DNA of 63,944 nt, counting the filler, from Octopus bimaculoides (lineage: Eukaryota), in NCBI RefSeq assembly GCF_001194135.2. It is 5 parts of 4 records of this genome, joined end to end, with 100 filler letters (N's around TTAATTAATTAA, not from the genome) between each part and the next. Parts side by side here need not be neighbours in the genome. Positions count along the whole stretch, not along the records: positions 12,533 to 39,989 come from NC_068989.1; positions 40,090 to 58,049 come from NC_069001.1; 3 more parts are not named here. One strand, 5' to 3'. The position numbers and the translations under genes are program-made. Shown piece by piece: positions 35,685-49,160 of this stretch. Position 1 is the stretch's first letter, and the number at the start of each line of letters is the position of its first letter. The notes beneath the pieces were generated by a model. It had not been told where the DNA came from. It was given only the letters and a program-made list of their open reading frames with translations, and did no database searches.

Positions 35685-38412
35685 ACTGACTGACAGGTAT
35701 CAATTGGATCTCCCGAATGTGCCGATGTGGACCTTGGCAAACAGCATCGGGTCATCTACATCGTATCTAGATTGAATATTCTGTAGGCCAGTAGATAGAA
35801 GTGTCATAAGTTGTCCACAATTCAAAGTTGATGTCCACGCAGACCACAAACTGTAATCTGTACAGTCGGAGTAGATAGGCTCCATAGGTAAGGCCTTCCT
35901 CGGATACTGGAAGCTAAACGCGTCAGTTCCGGCGCGTCAAGCTTTCAGAGACTGGGTTAGTAAGTTGATGATGCAATCGTTTATAACCTTCGGTGGGTAA
36001 CCTTGTAAAGAGCTATTAGAGAACAGTCGTTAGAGTCTATTTAGTAAAGCAACAGCAATAAGTCGAGAGTATAGGGAAACCTAGTTAGGAAGATACAAGA
36101 AGCACTTAAAATGGCATAGCGACGGACGTGGCTTGACTGGCACTTGACCAATTCTTCAACGACAAGTATGAAGTTTGCGTTGTCAAAGCACTGGCTCGTA
36201 CTCTAAGACACGGGAGAGCAAAAGCATTTTGATGGACGCTAATGGTGGAGGCACAACGTGGCAACACAGCCACAAGTTAGTCTTTGACGGGCTGGGACAG
36301 GCTCTTACTAACTGAGCCCAAGCAGATATGTGCGGAATTTCAGCATCACTGTGCTAAACTGTACGGGCAGCACTGTGATCGGAGACATGGACGAACTTCC
36401 CCTACGACGAGCTGCTGTACGTTTCGGCTAGGGAATCGGATAATAGCAACAGAAGACATACGGGACGCGATGACTAGCTGCACACGAAAGCTGGATGATC
36501 TGCTGGAAGGTCTGCTCTTTCAGCTTTATTTTCATCTGCCAGATTTTTCGGTGTCTCTTGGCTGATGTCTGCAGCAGCTAGCAGCAAAACAGAATAATTC
36601 CCAGTTCTGTGAGTTGTAGTGTGGTGGTGCTACTGAGTAGGATCCGAACAAGAGGGATCAAATAGGTCATTTAAACCCGTAAGTTTGCTAAAGTCTGATT
36701 ACAATATTTTGGTCAAGGTGTAAGCAAAAAAACTGACGGCTAGCGTCGACAACCACCACCTCACTTGCAACATATTAAGCAGAGTAGGTAAGTAATCTGA
36801 CAAGTTTGGGCTTCTGATGAGTTTGGATTAGGCGAAAACGGTCGATAGGGTCGACCATCAAAACTTGAAGGCTGTCTTCGCGGTTACCGGTTTTGGTTCC
36901 GTTTTCAGAAGTTGGATCGCTGTAAATAAATGGTCAAATAAATGGCCATCTATAGTAGTTTAGCATCGCTCGTTAGGACCGTCAAGCATGCCCACTCTCA
37001 CTCATTCTCTACGCATTGATTCTCGAGTCATTGATACGGAAGCTGGATGTTTTGAGGGGCATCCCTTGTGAACTGGGATGCAGAAGAATCCTGTCGGTTT
37101 GTGCAACCGACGTCACCGTAATACTGTCAGGTATCCCGGAAATCGAGGTGATCGGCTCTACTCTAAGGGAGTTCAAAATGATGATAGGTGTAAAAATTAA
37201 CAAAGAGACGTCAGTGAACCTGCAGCCTGACAGCGTCGTGAGGCGACGGACAGAAGAATAGGTTAAACTGCTCGGGATTTGACTTCGTTTGGACCTCCAA
37301 GTGGACAAGAACTGGAAGATGACGAGCAGGGTGGTTAGTGCTTATTCTGCTCGTCTCACCCAAAAATAAACCGAGAGAATGCTGTCCCTGAAAGTTTGGG
37401 TGGAGGAGGTGAATGCATGCATCGACTCCATAATCTACTACCGCCTGACCGTCGTCTCTTACACTGTTTCATTGCTGATCAAGCTGGAGAGCCTGCTCTT
37501 CCGCTCTTAGACGGTCCGTTTGCAGTCAACAGCCACAGCGTGGAGAACTAAGTATATCGTAACTAATGATGCACAAACATGCGCTGAGGCTGCGGTGATA
37601 TCTTCAGCGTTTTCTTGACGATGAGCAGGTGTGGTCGCCGTTTATCAGACACAAATTTCTGAAACTCGTCTCATTAATAAAACTGCAGTCCTGGCAGCCC
37701 AAGTAGCAATCGTCCTTTCTTGGTCGGACGTAGACCAAGAAAGGAGGCTTAGTACCTGGAATGTGGGCAATTGCTCACATGTAGAGCCAGTTTGGCAATG
37801 CAGTCAGTGGATGTTCCACTGTAGAGCTCTATAGAGGATTACTGTCGGCCAAGAGCGATGACGTCGTCGGTGAATCTCTGGGTGCCGAAGAAGATCAATT
37901 GGCTGGGGTCTTTTTTCATGGTCTTTCGAACCGGATTCTATAGATAATTTCCGGGAATCTCTGGTCCGACAGTGCTACTGGGAGGCTCTTCTTGTTCGAG
38001 ATAAGCTCTTCAGGCACGAAAGGGCTGTCAGACAGTTCTTTCTGAAATGTGTGTTCAACAATGAACCTGTTCAGCAGGCATTTGCCAGTATCCGAGCATT
38101 ACAGTTTTCTGAAGCTTTGTCGAACAGCTGTTGTTGCGTGTGGGGCGGATCTAACTGTCGGTCGACTCTATCGTGAGGATCACCCCGGTGCCTTCTTTTG
38201 ACCAAGAAAGGCAAACCGTTTTCCTTTGTCTAGCAGCAATGGACAGGTAGTGTGTTAAACAATATTAAAAGAATAAAAGACAGATACTTTTCTTTTCAGC
38301 AAAGCCCTCAAAGACTTTTGCAAATTCAACTTGGAAACGGAAGTGAGAATAAAGAGAGAAGTGCTGTTCCCCAGTATTTTTTAGGAAAGGTCGGTGAATG
38401 TAGCAAGGAAGG

Positions 38413-38478
<66 letters not shown>

Positions 38479-38655
38479 TATTCTCATATGAAGAAGGGAA
38501 GGTGTCCTTGATGATCGAGGTGACCCAGATGTGTGGGGTTCCTTGGTTGCCCCTCGTGGAGATACTGGCTTTCGGGGAGCTTTTGCTTTAATTTTATTGT
38601 TAATCGTTATTGTTTTTATTATTTACATGTGTTTTTGTGTTAAGCCACACTGTCC
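35685..38655 (+). mobile_element. Decayed Tx1/L1-like LINE (APE endonuclease end, RT, zinc-finger region, 3' UTR)
   Basis: SYLD..DHKL..GYWKLNAS; MSLD*AKTVDRVDH; SVCATDVTVILS (YADD region); GVKINKETS; VRDKLFRH; VRIKREVL. A GT microsatellite interrupts the 3' end. Confidence 0.85.
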
Positions 38656-38663
38656 CTTCCTTT

Positions 38664-38762
38664 TGGCGCAGGCATAGCTGTGTGGTAAGAAGCTTATATT
38701 ATAGCCTCGGACCGACCAAAGACTTGTGAGTGCATTTTGCAGAGGGAACTGAAGGAAGGACA

Positions 38763-38765
<3 letters not shown>
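38664..38765 (+). mobile_element. SINE B head with internal deletion
   Basis: GGCGCAGGCATAGCTGTGTGGTAAGAAGCTT|ATAGCCTCGGACCGACCAAAG. Confidence 0.75.
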
Positions 38766-38856
<91 letters not shown>

Positions 38857-38862
38857 TCAAAG

Positions 38863-38996
38863 TTCTGTGTCCTTATGTTTCCGAACAGGGGAGATTAGCA
38901 CCTCCACCCAGCAAAACCTAGCATCCACGGACTAGTTTCAGAGTTATTGCCCTGGCTTTGTAGATGTCCTCTGTTCGAAAACATAAGGACACAGAA
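38863..38996. mobile_element. 134-bp MITE-like element with 30-bp inverted ends
   Basis: TTCTGTGTCCTTATGTTTCCGAACAGGGGA (38863-92) versus TCCTCTGTTCGAAAACATAAGGACACAGAA (38967-96), 2 mismatches. Confidence 0.6.
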
Positions 38997-39180
38997 ATGC
39001 TTAACAGTATTTCGCCCGTCGCTACGTTCTGAGTTCAAATTCCGCTGGGAAATTTCACTTTGCCTTTCATCCTTTCGGGGTTGATGAAATAAGTGCCAGT
39101 GAAACATCGGGATCGATGTGATCGACTAGTCCCCTCTCCCAAATTTTAGGCTTTGTGCTTATTGTAGAAAGGATCCTTAT
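38994..39180 (+). mobile_element. SINE A, headless; first of three in tandem
   Basis: Begins at GAAATGCTTAAC. Confidence 0.85.
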
Positions 39181-39191
39181 TATAATTAATA

Positions 39192-39428
39192 AAGCGGCGA
39201 GCTGGCAGAGTCGTTAGCACGCTGGATGAAATGCTTAGCGGTGTTTCGTCTGTCCTCACATTCTGAGTTCAAATTTCGCCGAGGTCGACTTTGCCTTTCA
39301 TCTTTTCGGGGTCAATAATTTGAGTACCAGTGACACACTGGATTCGATGTAATTGACTAGTATCTTCCCCACAAATTTCAGGTCTTGTGCTTATAGTAGA
39401 AAGGATTATTATTTTTATTATTATTATT
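39192..39428 (+). mobile_element. SINE A, full length; second of three in tandem
   Basis: Family motif with ATT tail. Confidence 0.92.
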
Positions 39429-39432
39429 AATC

Positions 39433-39596
39433 AAGCGGTGAGCTGGCAGAATCGTTATCACGCCGGGCGAAATGCTTAGCGGCAATTCGTCCGCCTTGAC
39501 GTTCGGAGTTCAAATTCCAGCTGCGTACTGGAATCGATCTAATCGAATGGCCTCCTCTCCAAAGATTTCGAGCCTTGTGCCTATAGTAGAAAGGAT
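39433..39596 (+). mobile_element. SINE A with internal deletion; third of three in tandem
   Basis: GAGTTCAAATTCC joined directly to AGCTGCGTACTGG. Confidence 0.88.
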
Positions 39597-39651
39597 CAAC
39601 ATTATTATTATTATTATTATTATTATTATGATTATTATTATTATTATTATT

Positions 39652-39989
39652 GTTCAGTAGTTTTATTTTTATAACGTGCTTTCACTTCACTACCGAGCGC
39701 AGCTCTGTGCGCCTTGGGTATGTGCTGTGGTTTGCTGTGGTGCTTTTATGTTTACTGTATTGAAAGTGTTTTGCGTAGAATGTGTGCAGTACCCAGTAGT
39801 GCAATTTTCTGTATGTTATATATATTTGTAAGTCCTGCTATTTTTGTTATGTATTTGTCTGAATATTTTTTTATTATACCTAAGGCACCTACTATGATAG
39901 GAATTGTTTCTGTTTTTAGATTCCACATTCGAGTTATCTCTTTTTCCAGGTCTTTGTATTTTGAAAGTTTTTCCATTTCTTTTAGAGAA
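39652..39989 (-). mobile_element. R4/Dong-like LINE 3' end, cut by a scaffold join
   Basis: EKLSKYKDLEKEITRMWNLKTETIPIIVGALG...IQKIALLGTAHILRKTLSIQ*, then a 3' UTR ending in (AAT)n. Confidence 0.9.
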
Positions 39990-40089
39990 NNNNNNNNNNN
40001 NNNNNNNNNNNNNNNNNNNNNNNNNNNNNNNNNTTAATTAATTAANNNNNNNNNNNNNNNNNNNNNNNNNNNNNNNNNNNNNNNNNNNN
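39990..40089. other. Artificial scaffold-join spacer
   Basis: 44N-TTAATTAATTAA-44N. Confidence 0.9.
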
Positions 40090-40334
40090 TATATATATAT
40101 ATATATATATATATATGCTTTATATCTTTTTTTTATTTTTTGTTTAACTCTTTATTTTCTTGTTCTGTCTGTCTGTCTCAAACACAAAAAAATGCACGCA
40201 CACACACAAACACATACACACACACACACATACACACACATGCACGCATGTACACACACATACATACCCATACATATATACATATGCACACATACACATG
40301 AAAACAATGCTGCTGATGATGATGATGCACATTC

Positions 40335-40366
<32 letters not shown>

Positions 40367-41107
40367 GTGCGTTTATCTATATCTATCTCTCTCTCTCTCT
40401 CTCTTTATATATATATATATATATATATACATCAGTTTCTGTTNNNNNNNNNNNNNNNNNNNNNNNNNNNNNNNNNNNNNNNNNNNNNNNNNNNNNNNNN
40501 NNNNNNNNNNNNNNNNNNNNNNNNNNNNNNNNNNNNNNNNNNNNNNNNNNNNNNNNNNNNNNNNNNNNNNNNNNNNNNNNNNNNNNNNNNNNNNNNNNNN
40601 NNNNNNNNNNNNNNNNNNNNNNNNNNNNNNNNNNNNNNNNNNNNNNNNNNNNNNNNNNNNNNNNNNNNNNNNNNNNNNNNNNNNNNNNNNNNNNNNNNNN
40701 NNNNNNNNNNNNNNNNNNNNNNNNNNNNNNNNNNNNNNNNNNNNNNNNNNNNNNNNNNNNNNNNNNNNNNNNNNNNNNNNNNNNNNNNNNNNNNNNNNNN
40801 NNNNNNNNNNNNNNNNNNNNNNNNNNNNNNNNNNNNNNNNNNNNNNNNNNNNNNNNNNNNNNNNNNNNNNNNNNNNNNNNNNNNNNNNNAAGTAAGCAGC
40901 TAAGAAATATGGAAGTCTTGAAGGAGAAGAAACTAGAAACCAGCAAGGAAGGAGAATATGTTGAATGCATTCTAGAAAATTCTAATGAAAGGGTGAAAGG
41001 GGAAAAAAATTGTAAATCACCAGATTTTGCAGTAATTTTTAATACTTAATTTTTAATCTTTAAATACTGACCAAAATTTGAAACCATTATCATCATCATC
41101 ATCATCA

Positions 41108-41141
<34 letters not shown>

Positions 41142-41315
41142 GAGGTTGACGACTTTGTCTTTCAATGGTTTAGGACTGAGGTCAATGTAACTGACTTACC
41201 CCCGTCCCTGTGACCTTGAGCAAGACACTTAATTTCAGATTAATCCAATTTACTCAGCTGTAATGAATACTAGCTGGGTCCTGGTAGGGGCCCCCCTCTC
41301 TCCTCCCAGTCTGTT

Positions 41316-41531
41316 AAGGCGATGAGTTGGCAGAACCGTTAGCACACCGGGCGAAATGCTTAGCAGTATTTCGTCTGCTGCTACGTTCTGAGTTCAAATT
41401 CCGCCGAGGTCGACTTAGCCTTTCATCCTTTCGGGGTCGATAAATTAAGTACCAGTTGTGTACTAGGGTTGATCTAATTGACTGGCCCCCTCCCTAAAAA
41501 TTTCGGGCCTTGTGCCTAAAGTAGAAAATAA
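41316..41531 (+). mobile_element. SINE A, full length
   Basis: One of the best-preserved copies in the window. Confidence 0.93.
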
Positions 41532-42532
41532 TATTTAAAAATTATAAATTCCAATTGGACACAGACTTCTTATCTTAAAGGGATCAAAATTAAAACCTTC
41601 TATCAGAATTTCCTTGTCAATAAAATTGGGGAGACGGAAACTATATAGAAGCGCATCACATGGATTGTACCTGTAATACAAAATGTACAACATCGTTACG
41701 CATTGTCACACTTATTCTACCTGAGAATTACTTTAAAGGTACCTGCATCTGTGGAATACTCAGTCACTTGCATGTCAATTCAGGAGCAGGTAACTCAGTT
41801 CATTAAAAATTGAATCCTCATTGCCAAACAACAGAGATCCATGACCACCACCACCAACACCACTGTGTGCACGTACACGCGTGCGTGCATGTGTGTGTTT
41901 GTGTACATGTGCATTTTGGTATGTGTTTATACATATGTATTTGCGTGTGTTTATATATGTGTTCTTGTGCACATGTGTGTGTATGTACTTGTATGCATTT
42001 ATATGCATATGTGTGCATATGCATGAATGTGAGTGTGTGTGAGAAAGAGAGAGACAGCAGCTTGTGCGATTACAAAACCACACACACACACACACAGAGT
42101 CCAGGCTCTGTACACTTTCATCACCACAAGCCCTCATCAAGCATTCCTATCACACATTGTCAGAATATCAAGATAATATTTTAGAAGCACTGCCACTGCA
42201 CCAATGTTATATCTTTCTTATCACACACCACCAGGATATCAGGATTATTGTTGTTGCTGTTGTTGCTGTTGTTATTGTTTTTTTTTCAAATCATCCATTC
42301 TTTGTAAATCCTCACACTTTATGTCTGTCTTTGTATCCACCCCACCCCTACTCATCCATTGCCTTGGTGGCAAATAAGAGGAATCCTCATCGTCGTCGTC
42401 ATCATCATCATCATCATTATTATTATCGTTGTTGGCGTTGTCATTGCCATAAAACGGTGAACTGACAGAATTGTTTGCACCCCAGGTAAAATGCTTTGCA
42501 GGATTTAGGTTCAAATGCCACCAAGGTATACA

Positions 42533-42564
<32 letters not shown>

Positions 42565-42607
42565 AGTGTGTACACATATATGTATATGTATACACACACA
42601 TACACAC

Positions 42608-42638
<31 letters not shown>

Positions 42639-42644
42639 TCTATT

Positions 42645-42790
42645 TATGGCATTAAGAGGGTATCTACCCATAGAAACCACCCCAAAACTGACAAGAAAGC
42701 TTGGTACAGTTGTTTGGCTTGCCAGTTCCTGTCTAGCTGCCCCACCCATGCCAACCTAGAAAATGGATCATATGAGGATGATGATGATGA
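42645..42790 (+). mobile_element. (GAT)n-tailed retroelement family D, degenerate 3' end
   Basis: GGCATTAAGAGGG..TAGAAACC...ACCCATGCCAAC..GAAAATGGA...GATGATGATG; compare 58950-59157. Confidence 0.6.
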
Positions 42791-43116
42791 TGGTGATTAT
42801 GAAATTTATTTACTGTATATATTCATATATATATATGTGTGTGTATATATATGTATATATATATATATATANNNNNNNNNNNNNNNNNNNNNNNNNNNNN
42901 NNNNNNNNNNNNNNNNNNNNNNNNNNNNNNNNNNNNNNNNNNNNNNNNNNNNNNNNNNNNNNNNNNNNNNNNNNNNNNNNNNNNNNNNNNNNNNNNNNNN
43001 NNNNNNNNNNNNNNNNNNNNNNNNNNNNNNNNNNNNNNNNNNNNNNNNNNNNNNNNNNNNNNNNNNNNNNNNNNNNNNNNNNNNNNNNNNNNNNNNNNNN
43101 NNNNNNNNNNNNNNNN

Positions 43117-43152
<36 letters not shown>

Positions 43153-43493
43153 GAATGTATCTATGTAAATATATGTGCATATTGTTGTTGTTCTTGTTGT
43201 AGATTTGATGAGCTTGCAAAGTTGTTTGCCTCTGCATGCTTTAAATCATTACAGTTTCTTTAAATAATTAATAGAATATATTTATAGCTAACACAATGAA
43301 CTAACGGTCTGCCGATCAAGTAAAGACTCGTTAAAAACAATAATCTTCGTTCCACATGGCTGGTTCAGAGTTCAAAGGTTACGTTCGGCTAATTCTTTTC
43401 GAAATCATTGTAGATCAATAATAAGTAAGAGATTAGATGGAAAATATATCTCAACCAACTCGTGGCTGAGCCATTATGAAGCTTGCTTTGCAG

Positions 43494-43598
43494 TACTTAT
43501 TCTATTGGTCTCTTTTGCTGGAACCACTAAGTTATGGGGACTTAAACATACCAACATCGGTTGTCAAGTGATGGCGTTGGGGACAAACACATACACAC

Positions 43599-43654
<56 letters not shown>

Positions 43655-43812
43655 CAGGCTTCTTTCAGTTTCCTTCTATCAAATCCACTCACAAGGCTTT
43701 GGTTGACTCGAGGCTATAGTAGAAGACTCGACAAAGGTGCTATGCAATGGGACTGAACCCAAAACAGCGTGGCTGGAAACCAAACTTCTTACCACACGGC
43801 CACACCTGCACC
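43494..43812 (-). mobile_element. SINE B
   Basis: Reverse complement matches 18089-18531 and includes an internal (TA)n. Confidence 0.88.
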
Positions 43813-44317
43813 TAATCTGGTTCACATGTGAGCATATTGCATTATCCCAGATCAGTGATAAATGAATCAGTGATAAACGAGGACAGCTGTATTTAAGCAC
43901 AAACAAAGATACAAGACACAGCAAAACAAACAAACAGTCCATCTTTTGAGGAATCCTTTGGAAGCAGGAGGAATAAATTAATCAATATTCTCCTTGGTGT
44001 CTCCAGGCCATATAATACCTTTCTTAACAATGCTTTAACATAAATGAGTGAATGGTAGACCATGTCTGAGGGCTGGAAAATGTCTTTGCCCATGTAAAAG
44101 CCATGTAGTACACATGTAGTGCACATGTAGTGAACATGCAGGGTCCATGTAGCACAGATGTGGTACACATGTAGCTGGAATATGTTAGTTACAACAAAGC
44201 CACAACATAATAATAATAATATACTGTCCATAATGTTTTTCTTAATGTAAACCCTTGTGGTTGATAAAGAAATCATCATCATCATCATCATCATCATTGT
44301 TATTATTATTATTGTTA

Positions 44318-44348
<31 letters not shown>

Positions 44349-44469
44349 GAAGGGGAGTAATTAGAAATTTAGAAATGAAAAGCAAAAAACAAAAACAACG
44401 AAGAAAAATATTCTGATGTTAAATGAATGACGACATATGTATGTTCGCCTTCTTTACATTTACACATGC

Positions 44470-44503
<34 letters not shown>

Positions 44504-45037
44504 ACAAACTCACACGTACACACACAAACATACACACACTCATACACGCAAACAGACAAGCATTTGCCTATACTCGTGTATGTATTGGAGCTTCATGTAA
44601 CACTAACATGTAAGAGCAATCTGTATTTTGGATTTACCAGCCAAGAATCACTCTACATATATGTGTGTGTGTGTATATGCATAAATAATATATATATATA
44701 NNNNNNNNNNNNNNNNNNNNNNNNNNNNNNNNNNNNNNNNNNNNNNNNNNNNNNNNNNNNNNNNNNNNNNNNNNNNNNNNNNNNNNNNNNNNNNNNNNNN
44801 NNNNNNNNNNNNNNNNNNNNNNNNNNNNNNNNNNNNNNNNNNNNNNNNNNNNNNNNNNNNNNNNNNNNNNNNNNNNNNNNNNNNNNNNNNNNNNNNNNNN
44901 NNNNNNNNNNNNNNNNNNNNNNNNNNNNNNNNNNNNNNNNNNNNNNNNNNNNNNNNNNNTGTTCGTACGCATGCGTCATACAGTCTGCCTTTTACTCTGA
45001 GTGAGAGTCCCTTTATATATATATATATATATATACA

Positions 45038-45330
45038 CATCATCATCACTGTCGTCTTTAACATTTAGTGTCTGTTTTCCATGCTGGCATGGGTTGGACA
45101 GCTTGACAGCAACTAGCAAAGCCAGGGGCTGCACCAGGTTCCATAGTCTGTTATATATATAATTTCTATGGATGGATGCCATATATATATATATATATAT
45201 ATATGATATTTGGTCAGTTCGGATTCCATGTCTGTTTTAGCATGGTTTCTCTGGCTGGATGCACTTCCTAACACCAACCACTTTTACACGGCACCTGCAT
45301 GGGTGCTTTTTATGTGGCACCCACATCTAT
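45038..45330 (-). mobile_element. Family D 3' end, interrupted by (TA)n
   Basis: CATCATC...TTTTCCATGCTGGCATGGGTTGGACAG...GGCTGGATGCACTTCCTAACACCAACC. Confidence 0.75.
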
Positions 45331-45850
45331 GAGCCCGCAAGATCAGGGATACTCAGCTGGAGAGGGTTGCAAGGGACAAACCTGTATGCAAGGGTAACCA
45401 CGCTTTTACTTAGCTTGACATATACATAAATACGTGTGTGTGTGTGTGTGTGTGTGTGCAGATGCTAGCTTCCGAGTATTGTAGTTTTGGGTTCAGACTC
45501 CTCTGTGCGTAACCTTGAGCAAGTGTCTTCTGTCAGAGCTGCAAGCCAATTGATGTCTTGGAAGTAGATTTTGAGTGAGAGGAGAGCTTGCCCCTGGGTA
45601 TGTGTCACACAGGCCCACCATTACATGGGTATGGGGTGGTGTCATGTAAACCCATTCCCCTGCCTGAGGGTTAAACAAGACCCTGTGCCTCAAGGGTGAC
45701 ACTGGAAGAGCAGGAGAGGATCAGAAGTGAATTAAATATACAGAAAAGAAAGGAATGGAAAGCAGTTGCCATGTCTTTTGACCAGAGAAATCCTGAATCT
45801 TCAGACTTTGACGTGACAGGTCATGATGCCTGAAGTGTGTAAGCATATTG

Positions 45851-45907
<57 letters not shown>

Positions 45908-46024
45908 NNNNNNNNNNNNNNNNNNNNNNNNNNNNNNNNNNNNNNNNNNNNNNNNNNNNNNNNNNNNNNNNNNNNNNNNNNNNNNNNNNNNNNNNNNNNN
46001 NNNNNNNNNNNNNNNNNNNNNNNN

Positions 46025-46160
46025 GCGAAGGAGAGAGAGAGACAGAGCGCGAAGGAGAGAGAGAGAGAGAGCGCGAAGGAGAGAGAGAGAGAGAGAGAGA
46101 CAGAGAGCGAAGGAGAGAGAGAGAGACAGAGCGCGAAGGAGAGAGAGAGAGAGAGACTGA
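46025..46160. repeat. Minisatellite GCGAAG(GA)n, about 5 units
   Basis: Directly visible. Confidence 0.85.
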
Positions 46161-46586
46161 GAGAGGGTTGGAAAGTGAGAAGAAGCAGGAGAGACATGGA
46201 GGGAGATGCAGAGACAGAGAGACACAGAAAGAGTTTGAGAGAGAGAAACAGACAGAGTGACTGACTGAGCAAGAGGGAGAGAAAGACACAGACAGAGAGA
46301 GAGAGAGAGGGGGGGTCAAAGATGAAGAGACATGGTGAGGAAGGGGGAGAGAGGGAGGGAGACAGACAGACAGAAAGAGAGAAGGAGACAGAGAGAGATG
46401 GAGAAAGAGAGAGAGAGAGAAAGGTGCGGGTTAGACAGGTGCATAAATGATGTCAGAATGATAGAATGAAGCTATCCAGTTCATGTGTCTGTCAATATCT
46501 TCTACCACCTGCCACTGATACAGAATGGCTTTAATGTTGTGATCAGAACAAATAATACAAGGTCAGACACAATGTCTCGATACACC

Positions 46587-46810
46587 ATCATCATCCTCAT
46601 CATCATCCTCATCATCCTCATCATCGTTTTAATGTCCACTTTTCCATACTTCCATGGATCAGACCAAATTTGTCGAGGCAGGCTTTCTATGGTTGGATGC
46701 CCTTCCTGTCACCCACTCTCACCTATTTCCAAGCAAGGTAATATTTCCTCATAGCCAGACATGTTTTCATAGAACATTGGAAATGAATAATACTGCTTAG
46801 TGACAACTGA
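46587..46810 (-). mobile_element. Family D-related 3' end with a different body
   Basis: CATCATCGTTTTAATGTCCACTTTTCCAT...GGTTGGATGCCCTTCCTGTCAC. Confidence 0.65.
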
Positions 46811-48939
46811 ATTTTTCCTTTATGATATCACATTGCACCTAGCTGTTTACAATAATTTTTTATATATATATATATATATTTATATATAAGTTCCAATGAA
46901 GTTGAAGGGAGATACTCAAGCATTCAACTATGAGTCCACTGCATCTATAGCAGAAACAGCTGTAAGCTAATGAAGTGCACAACATAATTGTTCATTCCTT
47001 TGTCATTCTAATTTCCTATATATACATATATACACTCACATGCACACATGACTAGCTTCTATTAGTTTCTGCCTTCCTAATCCATTCACAAAGGCTTTGG
47101 CCAGCCTGCACCATATTTGAAGACACCCAAAATAAACATTTCCTCAGGGACATACTTATAACTCCCATGTCCCTTACCCACTCCGATACGACCTACAAGT
47201 TTAAACAGATGCAATTTCCCATCAAACTGCTTTCCCATGACAATCAACAAGGCGCAGGGACAATCAGTGCAAGCGGTTGGTTTGAATCTGACAGATCAAG
47301 TATTCTCACACGCACAACTGTATGTTGGCTGTCTCCAGGGTCTTTCTATTTGTGCACCTGAGGAAAGGACAAAGAATGTTGTCTACCAAGAGGCACTCTA
47401 AAGGCGGTGAGCTGGCAGAATCGTTAGCATGCCGGGCNNNNNNNNNNNNNNNNNNNNNNNNNNNNNNNNNNNNNNNNNNNNNNNNNNNNNNNNNNNNNNN
47501 NNNNNNNNNNNNNNNNNNNNNNNNNNNNNNNNNNNNNNNNNNNNNNNNNNNNNNNNNNNNNNNNNNNNNNNNNNNNNNNNNNNNNNNNNNNNNNNNNNNN
47601 NNNNNNNNNNNNNNNNNNNNNNNNNNNNNNNNNNNNNNNNNNNNNNNNNNNNNNNNNNNNNNNNNNNNNNNNNNNNNNNNNNNNNNNNNNNNNNNNNNNN
47701 NNNNNNNNNNNNNNNNNNNNNNNNNNNNNNNNNNNNNNNNNNNNNNNNNNNNNNNNNNNNNNNNNNNNNNNNNNNNNNNNNNNNNNNNNNNNNNNNNNNN
47801 NNNNNNNNNNNNNNNNNNNNNNNNNNNNNNNNNNNNNNNNNNNNNNNNNNNNNNNNNNNNNNNNNNNNNNNNNNNNNNNNNNNNNNNNNNNNNNNNNNNN
47901 NNNNNNNNNNNNNNNNNNNNNNNNNNNNNNNNNNNNNNNNNNNNNNNNNNNNNNNNNNNNNNNNNNNNNNNNNNNNNNNNNNNNNNNNNNNNNNNNNNNN
48001 NNNNNNNNNNNNNNNNNNNNNNNNNNNNNNNNNNNNNNNNNNNNNNNNNNNNNNNNNNNNNNNNNNNNNNNNNNNNNNNNNNNNNNNNNNNNNNNNNNNN
48101 NNNNNNNNNNNNNNNNNNNNNNNNNNNNNNNNNNNNNNNNNNNNNNNNNNNNNNNNNNNNNNNNNNNNNNNNNNNNNNNNNNNNNNNNNNNNNNNNNNNN
48201 NNNNNNNNNNNNNNNNNNNNNNNNNNNNNNNNNNNNNNNNNNNNNNNNNNNNNNNNNNNNNNNNNNNNNNNNNNNNNNNNNNNNNNNNNNNNNNNNNNNN
48301 NNNNNNNNNNNNNNNNNNNNNNNNNNNNNNNNNNNNNNNNNNNNNNNNNNNNNNNNNNNNNNNNNNNNNNNNNNNNNNNNNNNNNNNNNNNNNNNNNNNN
48401 NNNNNNNNNNNNNNGTCATCTATTTTTCCCCCAGCCCTCACTCAGTCACTCCTGTAGGGCCGTCCCCTTCCCCACTGTTCATTATGAACGTTCTCCCCCT
48501 CCTCTGTGTGCGTTTGCATGCGTTTGTGTGTGTGTGTGTGTGTCTGTCTGTCTGCCTGTGTATGCGTGTGCATCTCTGTATGTGTGTGTGTGCGTGTGTC
48601 TGTCTGTGTGCATAATGGCAAGGGTGGAATGAAGGAAGGTCAGGCCAGATAGAAAATGGAATATTTGCTGAATTCTTAAAATTAATTAGTATTTCAATTC
48701 TCATTTCCTTCTCTCTTTCTACACACTGAGACGCACCAGCACATATACACAAACGCACACACACACAGATATATATACATGCATACACATGCAAACACAC
48801 ACACATACACACAACACACACTAACGTGCACACATGTGCAAGCACACTTGTGTGAAGACATATGTGCACAGATTCAGTTGCACGCAAACACATGCACCCA
48901 TACTCATGGACACACATACATGCATGCATATATATAGCT

Positions 48940-49045
48940 ATGCATATATAAACATATCAGCTGATATACATACATATGTATATATACATACACACATATA
49001 TACATATATACATATATACATATATATATATATATAATATATACA

Positions 49046-49143
<98 letters not shown>

Positions 49144-49160
49144 CACATACATATATATAT
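48940..49160. repeat. (TA)n / TACA microsatellite
   Basis: Directly visible; source of the YIYI ORFs. Confidence 0.95.

Noticed and set aside
36812-36850. CTGATGA...GAAA
   Set aside because: Stems are mostly G-U and stem I is absent; it is the LMSLD*AKTVDRVDH region of the Tx1-like RT.
41739-41789. 51-nt AG...GT candidate micro-exon, open in all three frames
   Set aside because: Weak pyrimidine tract, no recognisable peptide and no partner exons; needs RNA-seq.
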